64,000 nt of DNA from Candidatus Poribacteria bacterium (GCA_965208675.1 OZ242351.1:64001-128000); one strand, 5' to 3'; positions 43,009 through 54,589 are shown, numbered from the stretch's first letter. Numbers and translations are program-made. The notes: generated by a model not told the origin, from the sequence alone.

Positions 43009-43835
43009 TGAACGCCGGAACCACCAATCTACCAGATGCCCGCCAAAAATCATTAATGGGGGAAAAACTATTGCCTATGAAAAGCGACCTTAAAGCAGCA
43101 ATTGATCACTTGACCGTTTACGGATACTGCATTCTGGAAGATCGCATTCCCGAGGACATGGCGTTAAGCATGGCGGATCGCTTCCTCGAATTGCACGCTG
43201 ACCCGATGTGCCAGCCCTACAACACGGGGGACGAGCATTATCAGACGCTGTTTGGCATGACGAATTTCGACGACCGAGTCTGGACCTGCGCTAGTCATCC
43301 GGACACCGTTGCAATCGCGGAGCATTTTCTAGGGCAAAACTGCCGCATTCCCGATGCGTGTTCCAAGCCCACGTGGCCCGGTGCGCCGCATGGCGGGCTG
43401 CACGTTGATTCCGCGCACTACTTCAAGGTCGTGCCCAATGTGCCTTGGTTGATCAACAGCATTTGGATGTTAACGGAGTTCACCGAGGAGAACGGCGCAA
43501 CCGGCGTCGTGCCGCTGAGCCACCGCACGCGCCTGCATGAACCTCCGCCGGACATTACTCCAAACAGCCCGCTAGTGAAACCCATCACCGGACGCCCGGG
43601 CACGGTGATGATGTGGCACGGCGGGCTATTCCACATGTCGCGCGCTAACACCACATCCAACGAAATTCGTGTCGGTCTCAACATAGGTTACTGCCCGCGC
43701 TGGTTCAATACCTGGGTAGAGGGCGGACATCAGCCGGTGTGGCACGAGACATACGAGCGAATGCCGTCTGAAATGAAGCGGCTGTGCCTCGGAAAATTGG
43801 GCCGCGACCGTGCAGAACTGTACGAACGGTTTTAA
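43008..43835 (+). CDS. Phytanoyl-CoA dioxygenase (PhyH) family Fe/2OG oxygenase (start may be 43077)
   Basis: GYCIL, LHVD, NSIWML.EFTEENGAT, distal His in GLFH. Confidence 0.88.
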   Translation: MNAGTTNLPDARQKSLMGEKLLPMKSDLKAAIDHLTVYGYCILEDRIPEDMALSMADRFLELHADPMCQPYNTGDEHYQTLFGMTNFDDRVWTCASHPDTVAIAEHFLGQNCRIPDACSKPTWPGAPHGGLHVDSAHYFKVVPNVPWLINSIWMLTEFTEENGATGVVPLSHRTRLHEPPPDITPNSPLVKPITGRPGTVMMWHGGLFHMSRANTTSNEIRVGLNIGYCPRWFNTWVEGGHQPVWHETYERMPSEMKRLCLGKLGRDRAELYERF

Positions 43836-43898
43836 ATAACTATTTGGCTCTTAAATCCTACGAGCGCCGCAAAGGTGGGGTTGTGTGTACCGGCGCCG

Positions 43899-44672
43899 TC
43901 ATGAAAAGATGTCGCGAAAGCGAGTCATCGCCTCCATATCGTCGCCTTTCGGGAACGCTTCCAAACCGATGACCCCGTCATAGTTCAACTCGCGCAAGAC
44001 GCGGCCAATTCCCGGATAATTCATCTCACCGGTGCCCGGCTCGTGGCGCCCGGGCACATCCGCTACGTGCAAATTGCCGATGTAATCGTAATAGTCCCGG
44101 ACAGTCTGGATGACATTGCCCTGTTGGAGCTGCATGTGATACAAATCGCAAAGCAGTTTGATGCGCGGACTGCCAACTTCGTCAAGAAGATTCGTGACAT
44201 CCGCGGTATTAGGGAAGGGATATCCGGCGTGATCAACCTTGATGTTTAGTTGCTCCACATGGTACACGGTATCGTGTTTTTCGGCAAGTTCAGCCACGCG
44301 GCACAGTGTCTTGTAGGCGGTAATCCACATCGTAGCCGGATGCGCCGCAATGGGGTGCACAACATTGCCGGCTTCGTCCAATTCCCCGGTCAATAGGCAC
44401 AGATTCCGGCAGTCCAGCCGCCCGGCAAGGTCGAGGCATTGCTTAACCCCATCCATGAACAGCTCGACGCCGTCGGGGTGTACCATACTCCCGCCCATAC
44501 ATCCCGGTATGGCGTTGACTTCGATATTGGGATCAGCGGCGATTCGGTCAATCGCACTCTCTTCCGAACCCCAAAAATCAACAAGAAACCCGGCTTGGGC
44601 AATCTCTCTAACTCGCTGTTCAAAGGGAATATTTTGCAGAACCGTGCCTGCGGACACAGATAAACGATACAT
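43899..44672 (-). CDS. Hydroxypyruvate isomerase-like TIM barrel
   Basis: EQLN, DLYHMQ, HVADVPGRHEPGTGE, GLEA. Confidence 0.85.
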   Translation of the reverse strand: MYRLSVSAGTVLQNIPFEQRVREIAQAGFLVDFWGSEESAIDRIAADPNIEVNAIPGCMGGSMVHPDGVELFMDGVKQCLDLAGRLDCRNLCLLTGELDEAGNVVHPIAAHPATMWITAYKTLCRVAELAEKHDTVYHVEQLNIKVDHAGYPFPNTADVTNLLDEVGSPRIKLLCDLYHMQLQQGNVIQTVRDYYDYIGNLHVADVPGRHEPGTGEMNYPGIGRVLRELNYDGVIGLEAFPKGDDMEAMTRFRDIFS

Positions 44673-45214
44673 GGACAACTCCTTTTGGGCTTTGGGAGAT
44701 TTATCGGCTGCTAACAACATCGCCGTGAAAAACACTGAGATTGATGGCACACCGAATCAAAGCATTATACCACGTTTTTTGGGAATACTGTCAACCGATT
44801 TTAGCGCGCCGCGCTGCTGCTGAATGTACATTGTGATTCACCGGTATAATGTGGTATCATTCTAGGGCGAGTTGACATTTTTTTGGAGTTGTCCGAAACC
44901 GTAAGGATGGGTAGTCACTGCCCGTTGGCCAATCACGGGAAGCGTATTCACGACCATTAAGAATTGATTGGGAACAAAGGGTTGGGCAGCCCAACCCCTA
45001 CGAATGGTCATGTGGCTGTACGCAGTCCTTGATAGTTCCGATGTGATGAAATGTCAACAGAACTTAATCGGACCCCAAAATTTTGGTCCCGAGATACGAC
45101 AGCGCTTCAACCGATTCACTGGAATTCATCTATCTCATTTTCGGTAGAAGACAACCGCTTTTCCGCATGTAATATTCGTACCGGATTCCGCCCGATTACG
45201 CAAGGAGGCAAAGG

Positions 45215-47014
45215 ATGCAACCCGATTCTGCCGAAGAAACCATACAACGGCTAACATTCAGTCTGTCAGAGCTTGAGCAGCTTGGCGAAGCAATTCTTTC
45301 TGGCGGGGGAAACTTTAATGTGTCAAGTAAAACTTACCTGCGGGTGATTCTTGGAACATTAGGCGTAACTAAGGGCGCAATTTTTTCTTTCGATACGGCG
45401 GAAAGCCATCTCACTATTGAAGCGGAGATTAACCTCAATAATGGTTCGCTAATAATTCCAGTGGCTTCGGACGAAATTTCCATCATACGCGGTTCCTCAA
45501 TTATTGAAATTTCTCAGCCTCCCCACCTGCTGGAACCGTTGTTTAACAGCATTCAGCCGCAACTGCAAAACCTTGACGCTCGACTCTGGGCGCCGCTAAA
45601 AATCCGTGACGAACTTCTGGGAGTCATCAGTCTAGGTCCGTTTCTGTCCGGAATGAGAATTGAATCGTGGGCGCGCGGCGTGTTAAGTGTATTAGCCAAC
45701 CAAACCTCGATTGCAATGGCATATTCACGTTTGATGGATGAGATGCGCGCCGACAAGTTTCACCTCTTTCTCCTTTCTGATATAACCACCCAGATATACA
45801 AACAGTTGAACACGGAACGTCTGGAAGAGGAAATCATAAGCCATGCGGTAACGCTGTTAGACGCCAACTCGGGTTACCTATTCCTCACCGATCCGTTTAG
45901 CCGCCAACTCGAAATGAAGAGCAGCCTTAACCTCAATCCGACAATCGACTCCGACCTGACGGCAAATTCCAGCGAAATGGGTGAATTGTCGGTCCATGCC
46001 ATGGTTAGCGATGTTGCCGCAGACGGGAGAACATTGGTGTGCAATGACGATAAAACCGCCGCGCCTTTCGGCAGGGCGAACCTGATAGCCGCTCCGATTT
46101 TTGGGCGTGAGGAAAATTTGGGGGTTCTCGTTGTATGCGACAAAGAGGATCGGGGCGGCATTCCGCGTAAACTGACTTCTGAGGACAGAATTCTGCTTGA
46201 AGCCTTTTCAAACCAGGCGGGGGTAATTGTCGAAAATGCGCGCCTTTATCAAGAGGCGCTTGAACGTCGGCGGATGCAAGCAGAAATGGAGGAAGCGGAA
46301 AAAATTCAGAGAAACCTCCTCCCGGATGAGCCGCCTGAAATCGCCGGTTATGAACTTGCGGGGATATCTGTACCGCGGGGCGGGGTTGGCGGCGATTACT
46401 ACGATTACATTCGTGAACCCAATGAACGTTGGGGTCTCGCGATTGCCGATGTCTCTGGAAAAGGCATGCAGGCCGCACTGCTTATGGCGACGCTGCGAGC
46501 CGGTTTGCTTTCAGAAGTGGCGCGGCGAAAAGATTTGCCGAGCATGGCAATCACTCTGAACTCTCTGCTTTATGAGAGCAGTACACTCGGCAAATTCGCA
46601 ACCTTCTTCTATGCACAGTTGAATCCGGAAACCGGTATGTTGACTACAATCAATGCAGGGCATAACTACCCCCTGGTTATTCGAAGTAATGGAAGTTTAG
46701 AGCGGTTAAAGATCGGTGGGGTTATGTTAGGCATGTTTCCGGATGATATGATCAATCACGTTTCGGCGTATGAGCAGGAGACGATTAAACTTGATCGCGG
46801 CGACATCGTTTTGTTTTATACCGACGGCGTGACCGAAACATTCAACATCAACAATGAGCTATATGGAGAGAAACGGTTGGAACACCTCGCCAGCCAGATT
46901 CATCACCGAGATGCAAAGGAAATTTGCGGCACAGTACATAATGCAGTGTTGGAATTTCAAGGCGAAGCCCAGCAGTTTGACGATTTAACGCTCATGGTGC
47001 TTAAGAAAACGTAA
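45215..47014 (+). CDS. GAF-GAF-PP2C (SpoIIE/RsbU-type) phosphatase
   Basis: VGGDYYD, IADVSGKG, NAGHN, YTDGVTE, DDLT. Confidence 0.9.
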   Translation: MQPDSAEETIQRLTFSLSELEQLGEAILSGGGNFNVSSKTYLRVILGTLGVTKGAIFSFDTAESHLTIEAEINLNNGSLIIPVASDEISIIRGSSIIEISQPPHLLEPLFNSIQPQLQNLDARLWAPLKIRDELLGVISLGPFLSGMRIESWARGVLSVLANQTSIAMAYSRLMDEMRADKFHLFLLSDITTQIYKQLNTERLEEEIISHAVTLLDANSGYLFLTDPFSRQLEMKSSLNLNPTIDSDLTANSSEMGELSVHAMVSDVAADGRTLVCNDDKTAAPFGRANLIAAPIFGREENLGVLVVCDKEDRGGIPRKLTSEDRILLEAFSNQAGVIVENARLYQEALERRRMQAEMEEAEKIQRNLLPDEPPEIAGYELAGISVPRGGVGGDYYDYIREPNERWGLAIADVSGKGMQAALLMATLRAGLLSEVARRKDLPSMAITLNSLLYESSTLGKFATFFYAQLNPETGMLTTINAGHNYPLVIRSNGSLERLKIGGVMLGMFPDDMINHVSAYEQETIKLDRGDIVLFYTDGVTETFNINNELYGEKRLEHLASQIHHRDAKEICGTVHNAVLEFQGEAQQFDDLTLMVLKKT

Positions 47015-47068
47015 TCGCCGTGTAACTGCGCCATTTGGCGCCATGCGCATGATAAGGAAGTTGAGAAC

Positions 47069-47097
47069 TTGACAAAACGATGTATATCAATTAAAAT
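47069..47097 (+). promoter_or_regulatory. Sigma70-like promoter TTGACA-17-TAAAAT
   Basis: Upstream of the STAS gene. Confidence 0.6.
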
Positions 47098-47231
47098 AGT
47101 GTAAGCCAACGTAGAATAACAATCGTCAAGTGATTTGAAAATCAACACGGGACAATTAGCGCGTGCGCGACTAACCACCAAAACAGCACAATTTGCCATA
47201 GATTAGGAATTTACTTTAGGAGGAAATTCTA

Positions 47232-47582
47232 TTGAAAATCAATGTTAGCCAACGCGATGATGTCATCATTTTAACGCCGATTGGCAAAATCATTGGTCCG
47301 GCTGTCAGCGATCTCAGAAAGACGATTGATGAACAACTTGCTAACTTTACCGATGCGCCCAAATTTCTAATCAATTTTGCCGACGTTTCGATGCTGGATA
47401 GTTCCGGGCTCGGAACGCTTATGGGGACGCATGTATCTGTTGTGCGCAAAAATGGACGCATTGCCGTCATAAATGTTGGTGCGAACATCAAGAACCTTAT
47501 AGTTAGAAGCCGATTAATCAGCGTCTTCGAGCATTTTGACAGTGAAGACGAAGCCATCGCATCGCTTACATCGGACGGATAA
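47232..47582 (+). CDS. STAS anti-sigma factor antagonist (RsbV/SpoIIAA-like)
   Basis: DVSMLDSSGLGTL; AGGAGG RBS with TTG start. Confidence 0.9.
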   Translation: MKINVSQRDDVIILTPIGKIIGPAVSDLRKTIDEQLANFTDAPKFLINFADVSMLDSSGLGTLMGTHVSVVRKNGRIAVINVGANIKNLIVRSRLISVFEHFDSEDEAIASLTSDG

Positions 47583-47707
47583 CTGCCCTCATGGGCGGCG
47601 ATGAATAGACAGATTGAAATTTTCGGCAACTCAGAGGAAGTCTAAGAAGGATAAAAACTAACTGCTTTTGCACATCCAATCTGCCTAAATAGAATGGAGA
47701 TGCTAAG

Positions 47708-49519
47708 ATGCAGTCTGCTTCTGCTGAAGAAACCATTCAACGACTAGTCCTCAATCTGTCTGAACTCGAACATCTCGGTGAGGCAATTGTTTCCGGCCAG
47801 GGCAACTTTAGTGCGTCGAGTCAAGCCTATCTACGGATAGTCCTTGAAACGTTGGGTGTGGCAAACGGGGCAATTTTACGCTTCCATCCGAATGCTAACG
47901 AACTTACCATCGAATCGTCAATCAATGTCGATGATGATTCACTCGTGATTTCGGTGCATCCCGGTGAGATTGCCGCCATGATTCAGTTTCCGGTTCTCGA
48001 TCTGTCACGCCCGCCGCTTGTCTTGGAGCCGTTTTTTGATGCTATTCAACCTCAGTTGAAGCTACTTGGCGCCCATCTATGGGCTCCATTAAAAATTGGC
48101 GAGGAATGTTTTGGCGTTATCAGTTTAGGTGCATCTCCCACCCGCATCAAAATGGCATCATGGAGCAGGAAACTTGTGAATGTGCTTGCCGACTATGTCT
48201 CAAGGCAGATTGCACATTCGCGGGCGCTGGAAGAGATGAAAACTGCCAAGTTTCAGCTCTTTCTGCTTTCCGATATCGCCGCACAGATGGGCAAGTTGTT
48301 GGATACGGCGCACCTTGAGAGTGAAATAGTGCACCACGCTGTCAGTCTCTTTGACGCACGCGGCGGTTGTTTACTGCTTATGGATTCAATGAGCCAACGG
48401 CTCGAGATGAAAAGCAGCTTTGTTATGGAGGCAGAATCCAATCCTGAATGGGAAGACCTTTCGATTTCACTTCAAGGCAATGGAGAAGTTCATCCCGCGG
48501 TTTCCCTGCTCCGCGGAGTCGCGGCGCAAGGTAAAACGCTCATTCGCAACCGCGAAAAAGAAGCGGAGTTTTTCGGCGGAAAAAATCTCATGGTGGTGCC
48601 GATTTTTGGACGTGAGATTCTGGGCGTATTGGTTGTTTATGATAAGGAAGAGCAGCACGGAGTTACGGCAGACTTTACGCAACGAGATGGGATTTTGTTG
48701 GAAGCCTTCGCCAATCAGGCAGGGGTCGTCATAGAAAATGCGCGGCTGTATCAAGAAGCTAGAGAACGCCGCCGGCTACAAACAGAAATTGAGGAAGCGT
48801 CAAAAATACAGAAAAATCTCATCCCCGCCACGCCGCCGGAAATCCCCGGTTACGAGGTCGTCGGATTGAGTGTTCCCCACCACGATGAAGTTGGCGGAGA
48901 TTATTACGATTATATTGAAGAACCAAATGGATCGTGGGGTTTTGCGGTTGCTGATGTTTGTGGAAAAGGCATGCAAGCCGCGCTGCTTATGGCGATGCTT
49001 CGGATGGGACTGCGTGCAGAGGTAGCTAGACACAAAGATTTGCGGTCAATGGCGGCAGCGCTCAATGCGCTGCTTTATGAAGGGAGTACCGCGGACACCT
49101 ATGCTACCCTTGTTTACGCGAGGTTGGATCCGGCACGGGGGTTGCTCACTTCTATCAGCGCGGGGCATAACCTCGCGATGGTTGTCCGTCGCGACGGCAA
49201 AATTGAACGACTGGAGAAGGGTGGTCTGGTTATAGGAATGTATCCTGATGACATGCTTCGTCAAATTGTAGAATATGAACAGGAAACAACACTACTGTCG
49301 CGTGGAGACACGGTTCTGCTTTACACTGATGGAATTACCGACACCCTTAACATCCACGATGAGATGTTTGGAGAAGCGCGCTTAGTTGAACTGGTAGTGG
49401 AGCGGCGCAATGCAACCGCCAACGATATTTGCGCGGAAATTTACAACGCTGTACAAAATTTCCAAGGGGAAGCGAATCCATTCGACGATTTAACGCTGAT
49501 GGTTCTCAAGAGAAAGTGA
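47708..49519 (+). CDS. GAF-GAF-PP2C phosphatase, paralog of 45215..47014
   Basis: Shared SAEETIQRL..LSELE.LGEAI N-terminus; VGGDYYD, ADVCGKG, YTDGI, DDLT. Confidence 0.9.
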   Translation: MQSASAEETIQRLVLNLSELEHLGEAIVSGQGNFSASSQAYLRIVLETLGVANGAILRFHPNANELTIESSINVDDDSLVISVHPGEIAAMIQFPVLDLSRPPLVLEPFFDAIQPQLKLLGAHLWAPLKIGEECFGVISLGASPTRIKMASWSRKLVNVLADYVSRQIAHSRALEEMKTAKFQLFLLSDIAAQMGKLLDTAHLESEIVHHAVSLFDARGGCLLLMDSMSQRLEMKSSFVMEAESNPEWEDLSISLQGNGEVHPAVSLLRGVAAQGKTLIRNREKEAEFFGGKNLMVVPIFGREILGVLVVYDKEEQHGVTADFTQRDGILLEAFANQAGVVIENARLYQEARERRRLQTEIEEASKIQKNLIPATPPEIPGYEVVGLSVPHHDEVGGDYYDYIEEPNGSWGFAVADVCGKGMQAALLMAMLRMGLRAEVARHKDLRSMAAALNALLYEGSTADTYATLVYARLDPARGLLTSISAGHNLAMVVRRDGKIERLEKGGLVIGMYPDDMLRQIVEYEQETTLLSRGDTVLLYTDGITDTLNIHDEMFGEARLVELVVERRNATANDICAEIYNAVQNFQGEANPFDDLTLMVLKRK

Positions 49520-49603
49520 CCATCAGCAGTCGGAGGCTCATTCACGGGCTGATTCTAAATTGACCGCATTTGAAATTGCGTCGTTCGCAATGCGGAGGGC
49601 ACT

Positions 49604-51841
49604 ATGGATAGAGATGTTTCTAAACGCATGCAGAAGTCTATTATTGCGTATTCTGCATTAGGAATTTGCGCGATCGGCTTGATCGTTTCATTCATCAGCA
49701 TCTCCTCGTTTTATCAAAAACTCAAGGAATTAGCGGAAAATAATCTCGTCCAGACGGTAGATGCCCGAGGTATAGCCGTTGATGAATATCTGTCTCGTTT
49801 GAAAGATATCGCCCAACTAATTACTAGCCAAACCGAAGCGCGCGAAAAACTTGAAGCATACAGCAACGGGGAGGTGAAGCGGGAAGAATTGACCCGTTTT
49901 ACCGGAATCACATTGAATAATGCCATGCAAACATCAGAGCTAGTGGACGGCATCGTTCGGATCGATGCAAATGGTGAATCCATCGTTCGTGTCGGGTTGC
50001 AGATACCGGAAAACGAGTGGCCCTCATACGCTGGAAGATTCAGACGCATGATTGTTCACGGTCCAGTGTCCTTGTATGGCGAACCCTACGTAATTGTCAG
50101 CGCGCCTATTTTTGGGGTAGAAGCAGAACGTATCGGTACTGACTTGGTACTGTTCAAAATGTCTGCCTTGCAGAAACTAGTAAAAGATTACGCCGGACTG
50201 GGAGAGACCGGAGAAATTATTCTGGGGCGGTACAAAACTCGCGGAATTGAAATATTCTTCCCCATGCGGGGGAGTGAAAGCACACTCGTTGAAGATGTCC
50301 CCAAGGATTCCTCGATTGGGATCGCGCTCAAAGCTGCCGCGGGAGGAAGTTTTGGCGTGATCGGTCCTGATAATTTTCCAAATAGCCTGGTCGTTATTGC
50401 CTATAGTCCCGTTAATGATACAGAATGGGGTATTCTTGCAAAGATGGATAAGGATGAGCACTTATCGGAAATCAATCGCAGAATCCTTGAAATCGGCAGC
50501 GTCATTATAGGTCTCACCTTAGTCGGCACCTGCGGAATGGTGCTGCTGCTTCGTCCGCTTACAGGCAGGATTATCATCCATACTGATGAGTTGGAGACCG
50601 AGATTGAAGAAAAGACCGTGGATTTGCAAAATGAAATTGAGGAACGCAAAAAGACCGAAGCGGCGCTCGTTCGATTAGCCTCTTTGCCCGAACAGAGTCC
50701 CGATCCTGTTATCGAAACCGACCTTAAAGGAAAAGTGAACTATCTCAACCCGGCTGCACAACTACAATTTGCGAGTTTGGATGAGATTGGACTTGAACAC
50801 CCGACACTGGAGGGATTGCAGCCAATCATAGCCTCATTTCACGGTGATAAAGAGGAATCCTTCACCCGTGAGATTGATCTTGGCAGTCTCGTATACGTGC
50901 AGAAAATCTGCCATGTTTCGGACAGTCACCTAATCCGAATCTATATGACCGACATTTCAGATCGCAAGTGGGCTGAAGCGGAATTGCAAGGGGCAAAGGA
51001 AGCTGCCGAATATGCCAACCGCGCCAAGAGTGAATTCCTCACAAATATGAGCCATGAACTTCGCACCCCGCTAAACGCCATCATCGGATTTTCAGAGATT
51101 TTGAGAGATGCCATTCTCGGTCCCGTAAACGAAAGTCAGGAAGAGCTGATTCGCGACATACACACCAGCGGGCACCACCTTTTGGATATGATTAACGGGA
51201 TTTTGGATTTGGCAAAAATCGAAGCGGGAAAAATGGATTTACAGCTGGAGATGTTTTCCGTCGAGATGGCGATGGCAGAGGTGAATGCAATCGTTAATGC
51301 AATCGCAAACAAAAAACAGATTGAACCCGCGCTTGAATTCGATCAAGATGTCTCAATAGAAGCGGACAAGGTCAAATTCAAACAAATTCTCTACAATTTG
51401 CTTTCAAACGCTATCAAATTCACCGGTGAACGCGGTCAAGTTACCACGAGATTTAGCGTCTCTGAAAATGAGCTGGTGACTCAAGTGACCGATACTGGAG
51501 TAGGCATGTCGCCGGAGGATCAAGCAAAGTTGTTTCAACCATTCATGCAACTTGATGCCTCCAAGTCCCGCGAATATAGCGGAAGCGGATTGGGACTCGC
51601 CTTAACCAAAAGATTGGTGGAAATTCATGGCGGGACAATTTCGGTTGAGAGTGAAAAAGGAAAGGGGAGCACCTTTCAGTTTACACTCCCTTTGAGTCAA
51701 ATGTCAAAGTCACCGCAGCCTGCAACGGTCGAATTTTCTGCATCAATTCACAGTGATGACACAGTTCACGCCCAAGATGAGAACAGAACAGCGGCCCCCG
51801 CATCGGAGTCTGTTGAATTTTCAGATAACGAAGAGCGTTAA
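49604..51841 (+). CDS. Membrane sensor histidine kinase (Cache-like, PAS, HisKA, HATPase)
   Basis: Two TM segments, [30 protein letters not shown]. Confidence 0.93.
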   Translation: MDRDVSKRMQKSIIAYSALGICAIGLIVSFISISSFYQKLKELAENNLVQTVDARGIAVDEYLSRLKDIAQLITSQTEAREKLEAYSNGEVKREELTRFTGITLNNAMQTSELVDGIVRIDANGESIVRVGLQIPENEWPSYAGRFRRMIVHGPVSLYGEPYVIVSAPIFGVEAERIGTDLVLFKMSALQKLVKDYAGLGETGEIILGRYKTRGIEIFFPMRGSESTLVEDVPKDSSIGIALKAAAGGSFGVIGPDNFPNSLVVIAYSPVNDTEWGILAKMDKDEHLSEINRRILEIGSVIIGLTLVGTCGMVLLLRPLTGRIIIHTDELETEIEEKTVDLQNEIEERKKTEAALVRLASLPEQSPDPVIETDLKGKVNYLNPAAQLQFASLDEIGLEHPTLEGLQPIIASFHGDKEESFTREIDLGSLVYVQKICHVSDSHLIRIYMTDISDRKWAEAELQGAKEAAEYANRAKSEFLTNMSHELRTPLNAIIGFSEILRDAILGPVNESQEELIRDIHTSGHHLLDMINGILDLAKIEAGKMDLQLEMFSVEMAMAEVNAIVNAIANKKQIEPALEFDQDVSIEADKVKFKQILYNLLSNAIKFTGERGQVTTRFSVSENELVTQVTDTGVGMSPEDQAKLFQPFMQLDASKSREYSGSGLGLALTKRLVEIHGGTISVESEKGKGSTFQFTLPLSQMSKSPQPATVEFSASIHSDDTVHAQDENRTAAPASESVEFSDNEER

Positions 51842-51922
51842 TACAAATTTGATACCGATAATTTGATTGCCGGACCTGCAAGCCATGTTCGGAAAACCAG
51901 ATGGGAAGGAGAACTCCTGCTC

Positions 51923-52300
51923 ATGAGTGCCAAGCGCGTATTAGTGGTCGAAGATGTTGAAATGAATCGTAAGCTCGTGCGAATCGTATTGACGACAAAG
52001 GGTTATGAAGTGATTGAAGCCACGCATGCGGAAGAGGCACTCGAAATCCTGCAAACCGAGGTGCCCGATTTGATTCTGATGGACATCGCTCTGCCCGGAA
52101 TAAGCGGAGAAGAATTGACGCGCCAGATAAAAGCTGATCCGCGGTGGTGTCATGTGCCAATCATCGCTTTAACTGCGGCGGCAATGAAAGGCGATCGAGA
52201 ACAGTTTCTCAGTGCGGGCTGTAACGATTATATCAGCAAGCCGATTGATACGCACGCCCTTGGAGATATAATAGATCGGTATCTCTTAAAGGAATTCTAG
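51923..52300 (+). CDS. Single-domain response regulator (DivK-like)
   Basis: VVED, LMDIALP, ALTA, ISKP. Confidence 0.92.
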   Translation: MSAKRVLVVEDVEMNRKLVRIVLTTKGYEVIEATHAEEALEILQTEVPDLILMDIALPGISGEELTRQIKADPRWCHVPIIALTAAAMKGDREQFLSAGCNDYISKPIDTHALGDIIDRYLLKEF

Positions 52301-52304
52301 TGTA

Positions 52305-53483
52305 ATGAAAGAACCTAGCCCAAAAATTCTCGTTGTTGACGATGAACCCAGAAATATCCGGGTGCTTCAAATTCTACTTGAGGCAAAAGGGTACACTGTT
52401 ATCACCGCAGAGAATGGACAAGAAGCGCTAGACCATGTAAAAGCCGGCCCTCCGGATCTGATTTTGCTGGATATTATGATGCCGCGGATGAACGGTTTTG
52501 AGGTCTGTCAAAGGATTCGTGCGGATGAAGACGCTAAATTCGTTCCAATTGTAATGGTTACCGCACTGACAGAAGCTCATGACCGAATCAAAGCCATTGA
52601 GGTCGGAGCCGACGATTTTATCTCTAAACCGTTTGACAGTTACGAAATTATCGCCCGTGCGCGCTCCCTGTTGCGCGTCAAACAATACCACGACGCACTC
52701 AAACAAGCCAATCAAAAACTCGCAGAGCACAATGCCCGCTTGGATATGGAATTGCAAATGGCGCAAGAGGTGCAGGCGAGCCTGATGCCGCAACGAATCA
52801 CGAATATGGCAGGGTTTCAAATTGTCTCCCACTATTCGCCAGAAATCGCCGTGGGAGGCGACTTTTTCGACCTGTGGGAGGTGGGGCCAGGTAAATTGGG
52901 AGTCTTAATCTCCGATGTGATGGGACACGGCGTGCCCGCCGCTTTCGTTACCGTGTTCATCAAGACTATTGTGGAGGAAATGAGGGAACAGACCGATGAT
53001 CCCGGACAGATACTAGAAGTGTTAAACTCACGTTTCGACAAATCCATTAGCTTAGAATTGGCAATTTTCGCTACAGCTTTCTGTGCGGTTATAGATCAAT
53101 CCGACCAAACGATTCGCTGGGCGAATGCGGGGCATCCCTTCCCATTTCTTATCCGTCGAGGACAGGGCGTCTGTGAAACCGTTGAAAACGACTCCATCGG
53201 TGAAGGGTTGGGAATCCTGTCCGATTCAATCTATCACACGTTTCACGTTCCTTTCAATCCGTCGGACGGTTTGTTTCTTTACACTGACGGTGCGCATGAA
53301 CTTCAGAATTCCCAAGGCGAGGAATTTAGTCCGGAACGCCTTCAGGACGTTCTCGTCGAACAAAACTCAAACCCTGCAACGGTTCTTGTGGATAGAGTCG
53401 TGCAGGCAATCGATCAGTTTAGCGCGGGAATACCAAGGGAAGATGACGTTACAATCGTAGCGATAGATGCGAATGCTGGATAA
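52305..53483 (+). CDS. REC-PP2C phosphatase
   Basis: VVDDE, LLDIMMP, SKP; VGGDFFD, SDVMGHG, YTDG, DDVT. Confidence 0.92.
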   Translation: MKEPSPKILVVDDEPRNIRVLQILLEAKGYTVITAENGQEALDHVKAGPPDLILLDIMMPRMNGFEVCQRIRADEDAKFVPIVMVTALTEAHDRIKAIEVGADDFISKPFDSYEIIARARSLLRVKQYHDALKQANQKLAEHNARLDMELQMAQEVQASLMPQRITNMAGFQIVSHYSPEIAVGGDFFDLWEVGPGKLGVLISDVMGHGVPAAFVTVFIKTIVEEMREQTDDPGQILEVLNSRFDKSISLELAIFATAFCAVIDQSDQTIRWANAGHPFPFLIRRGQGVCETVENDSIGEGLGILSDSIYHTFHVPFNPSDGLFLYTDGAHELQNSQGEEFSPERLQDVLVEQNSNPATVLVDRVVQAIDQFSAGIPREDDVTIVAIDANAG

Positions 53484-53590
53484 TGTGTACGTTGGGCATA
53501 CTTTACCCTCACGTGCACTATTAGGAAGAATTCCTTTATCACACCTAAAGCGCATCTTCGTCGTGTCCCGTGGAGGAATTCACAGTCTGA

Positions 53591-54046
53591 TTACATGGTA
53601 TGATACACTGAATCAGGTATTACTACGAGCGAAAACGTGATACGAACATCGGTGCCGCCGTGAGGATTGGGTTGCATCTCCATGTGGTCTGAGAGTTTTT
53701 TCGCAAGATAAACGCCGTGGCCGCGATCGGTACCGGGCGTTCGATTTGTAAGAAAATCATCAACCCATCCTTCGGTAAGCCAGTCGTTTTCGGAGTCTTG
53801 TCCTTTATCTCGAACCAAAACCTCTAGTTGGCTTGAGTCGCAATGAAATGTTAAATCAATTCCTGCGGTTTCGCTGGGCGATCCGTGCTCAATTGCATTA
53901 CTGCACACTTCATCGATAACCGATGTTATATCATTCATGCGTGTCTGAGAAAAACCGATTTGTTGAGCCAACCGCCTTGCAAATGCCAGAATAGAACTCA
54001 CGTACAAGAGGCGACTGGGCATCTTGAGGTCAATGTACTCTTGCAT
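53591..54046 (-). CDS. Anti-sigma Ser kinase (RsbW/SpoIIAB-like HATPase_c_2)
   Basis: EVCSNAIEHG, VRDKG, RGHGVYL. Confidence 0.88.
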   Translation of the reverse strand: MQEYIDLKMPSRLLYVSSILAFARRLAQQIGFSQTRMNDITSVIDEVCSNAIEHGSPSETAGIDLTFHCDSSQLEVLVRDKGQDSENDWLTEGWVDDFLTNRTPGTDRGHGVYLAKKLSDHMEMQPNPHGGTDVRITFSLVVIPDSVYHTM

Positions 54047-54244
54047 TTTTTTCCTGTCCTTGGGTTTTTATTTTGAGATGGTTAATGTATTCAATAGAGG
54101 CTCGGCATAGAATCGTACCCTCTGTGCTAAGCCCTAGACTGAATAGTTCAAACGCTAACGTGACAAAAGCGGAATCCAAATCAATCCGCTGCAATCTGCC
54201 GCAACATCCTTGACTGAAACCAGAATTGGAGGCAGCCAGAGGTA

Positions 54245-54589
54245 CTATTTAAAACCAGCTAGCGCGCTGGTCTCCGATTCATAAAGTTCGAGAACTCTGG
54301 ATGCGCCAATCATATCGAACGTCCGCTTGATATGATCAGCAGTTCCGAAAACCTTAAGGTCTCCACTTTTCTGGCGTAGCCGCTTTGCAACGCCAACTAA
54401 TGCGCCGACTGCGGTACTGTTGATATGTTGAACTCCGTTCAAATTGACAACAATTTTCTCGGCTTCCTGACCAATCAACTCCTGAAGCCCTCTCCGTAGT
54501 TCGGCAGCCTCATAGCTTCCAAGGTCGGTGTTGACATCAACGATTATTACGTCTGAATCTTCACGCAAGGTTAAAGATTTCGTTGGCAT
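54245..54589 (-). CDS. STAS anti-sigma factor antagonist
   Basis: VVNLNGVQHINSTAVGALV, GDLKV. Confidence 0.88.
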   Translation of the reverse strand: MPTKSLTLREDSDVIIVDVNTDLGSYEAAELRRGLQELIGQEAEKIVVNLNGVQHINSTAVGALVGVAKRLRQKSGDLKVFGTADHIKRTFDMIGASRVLELYESETSALAGFK

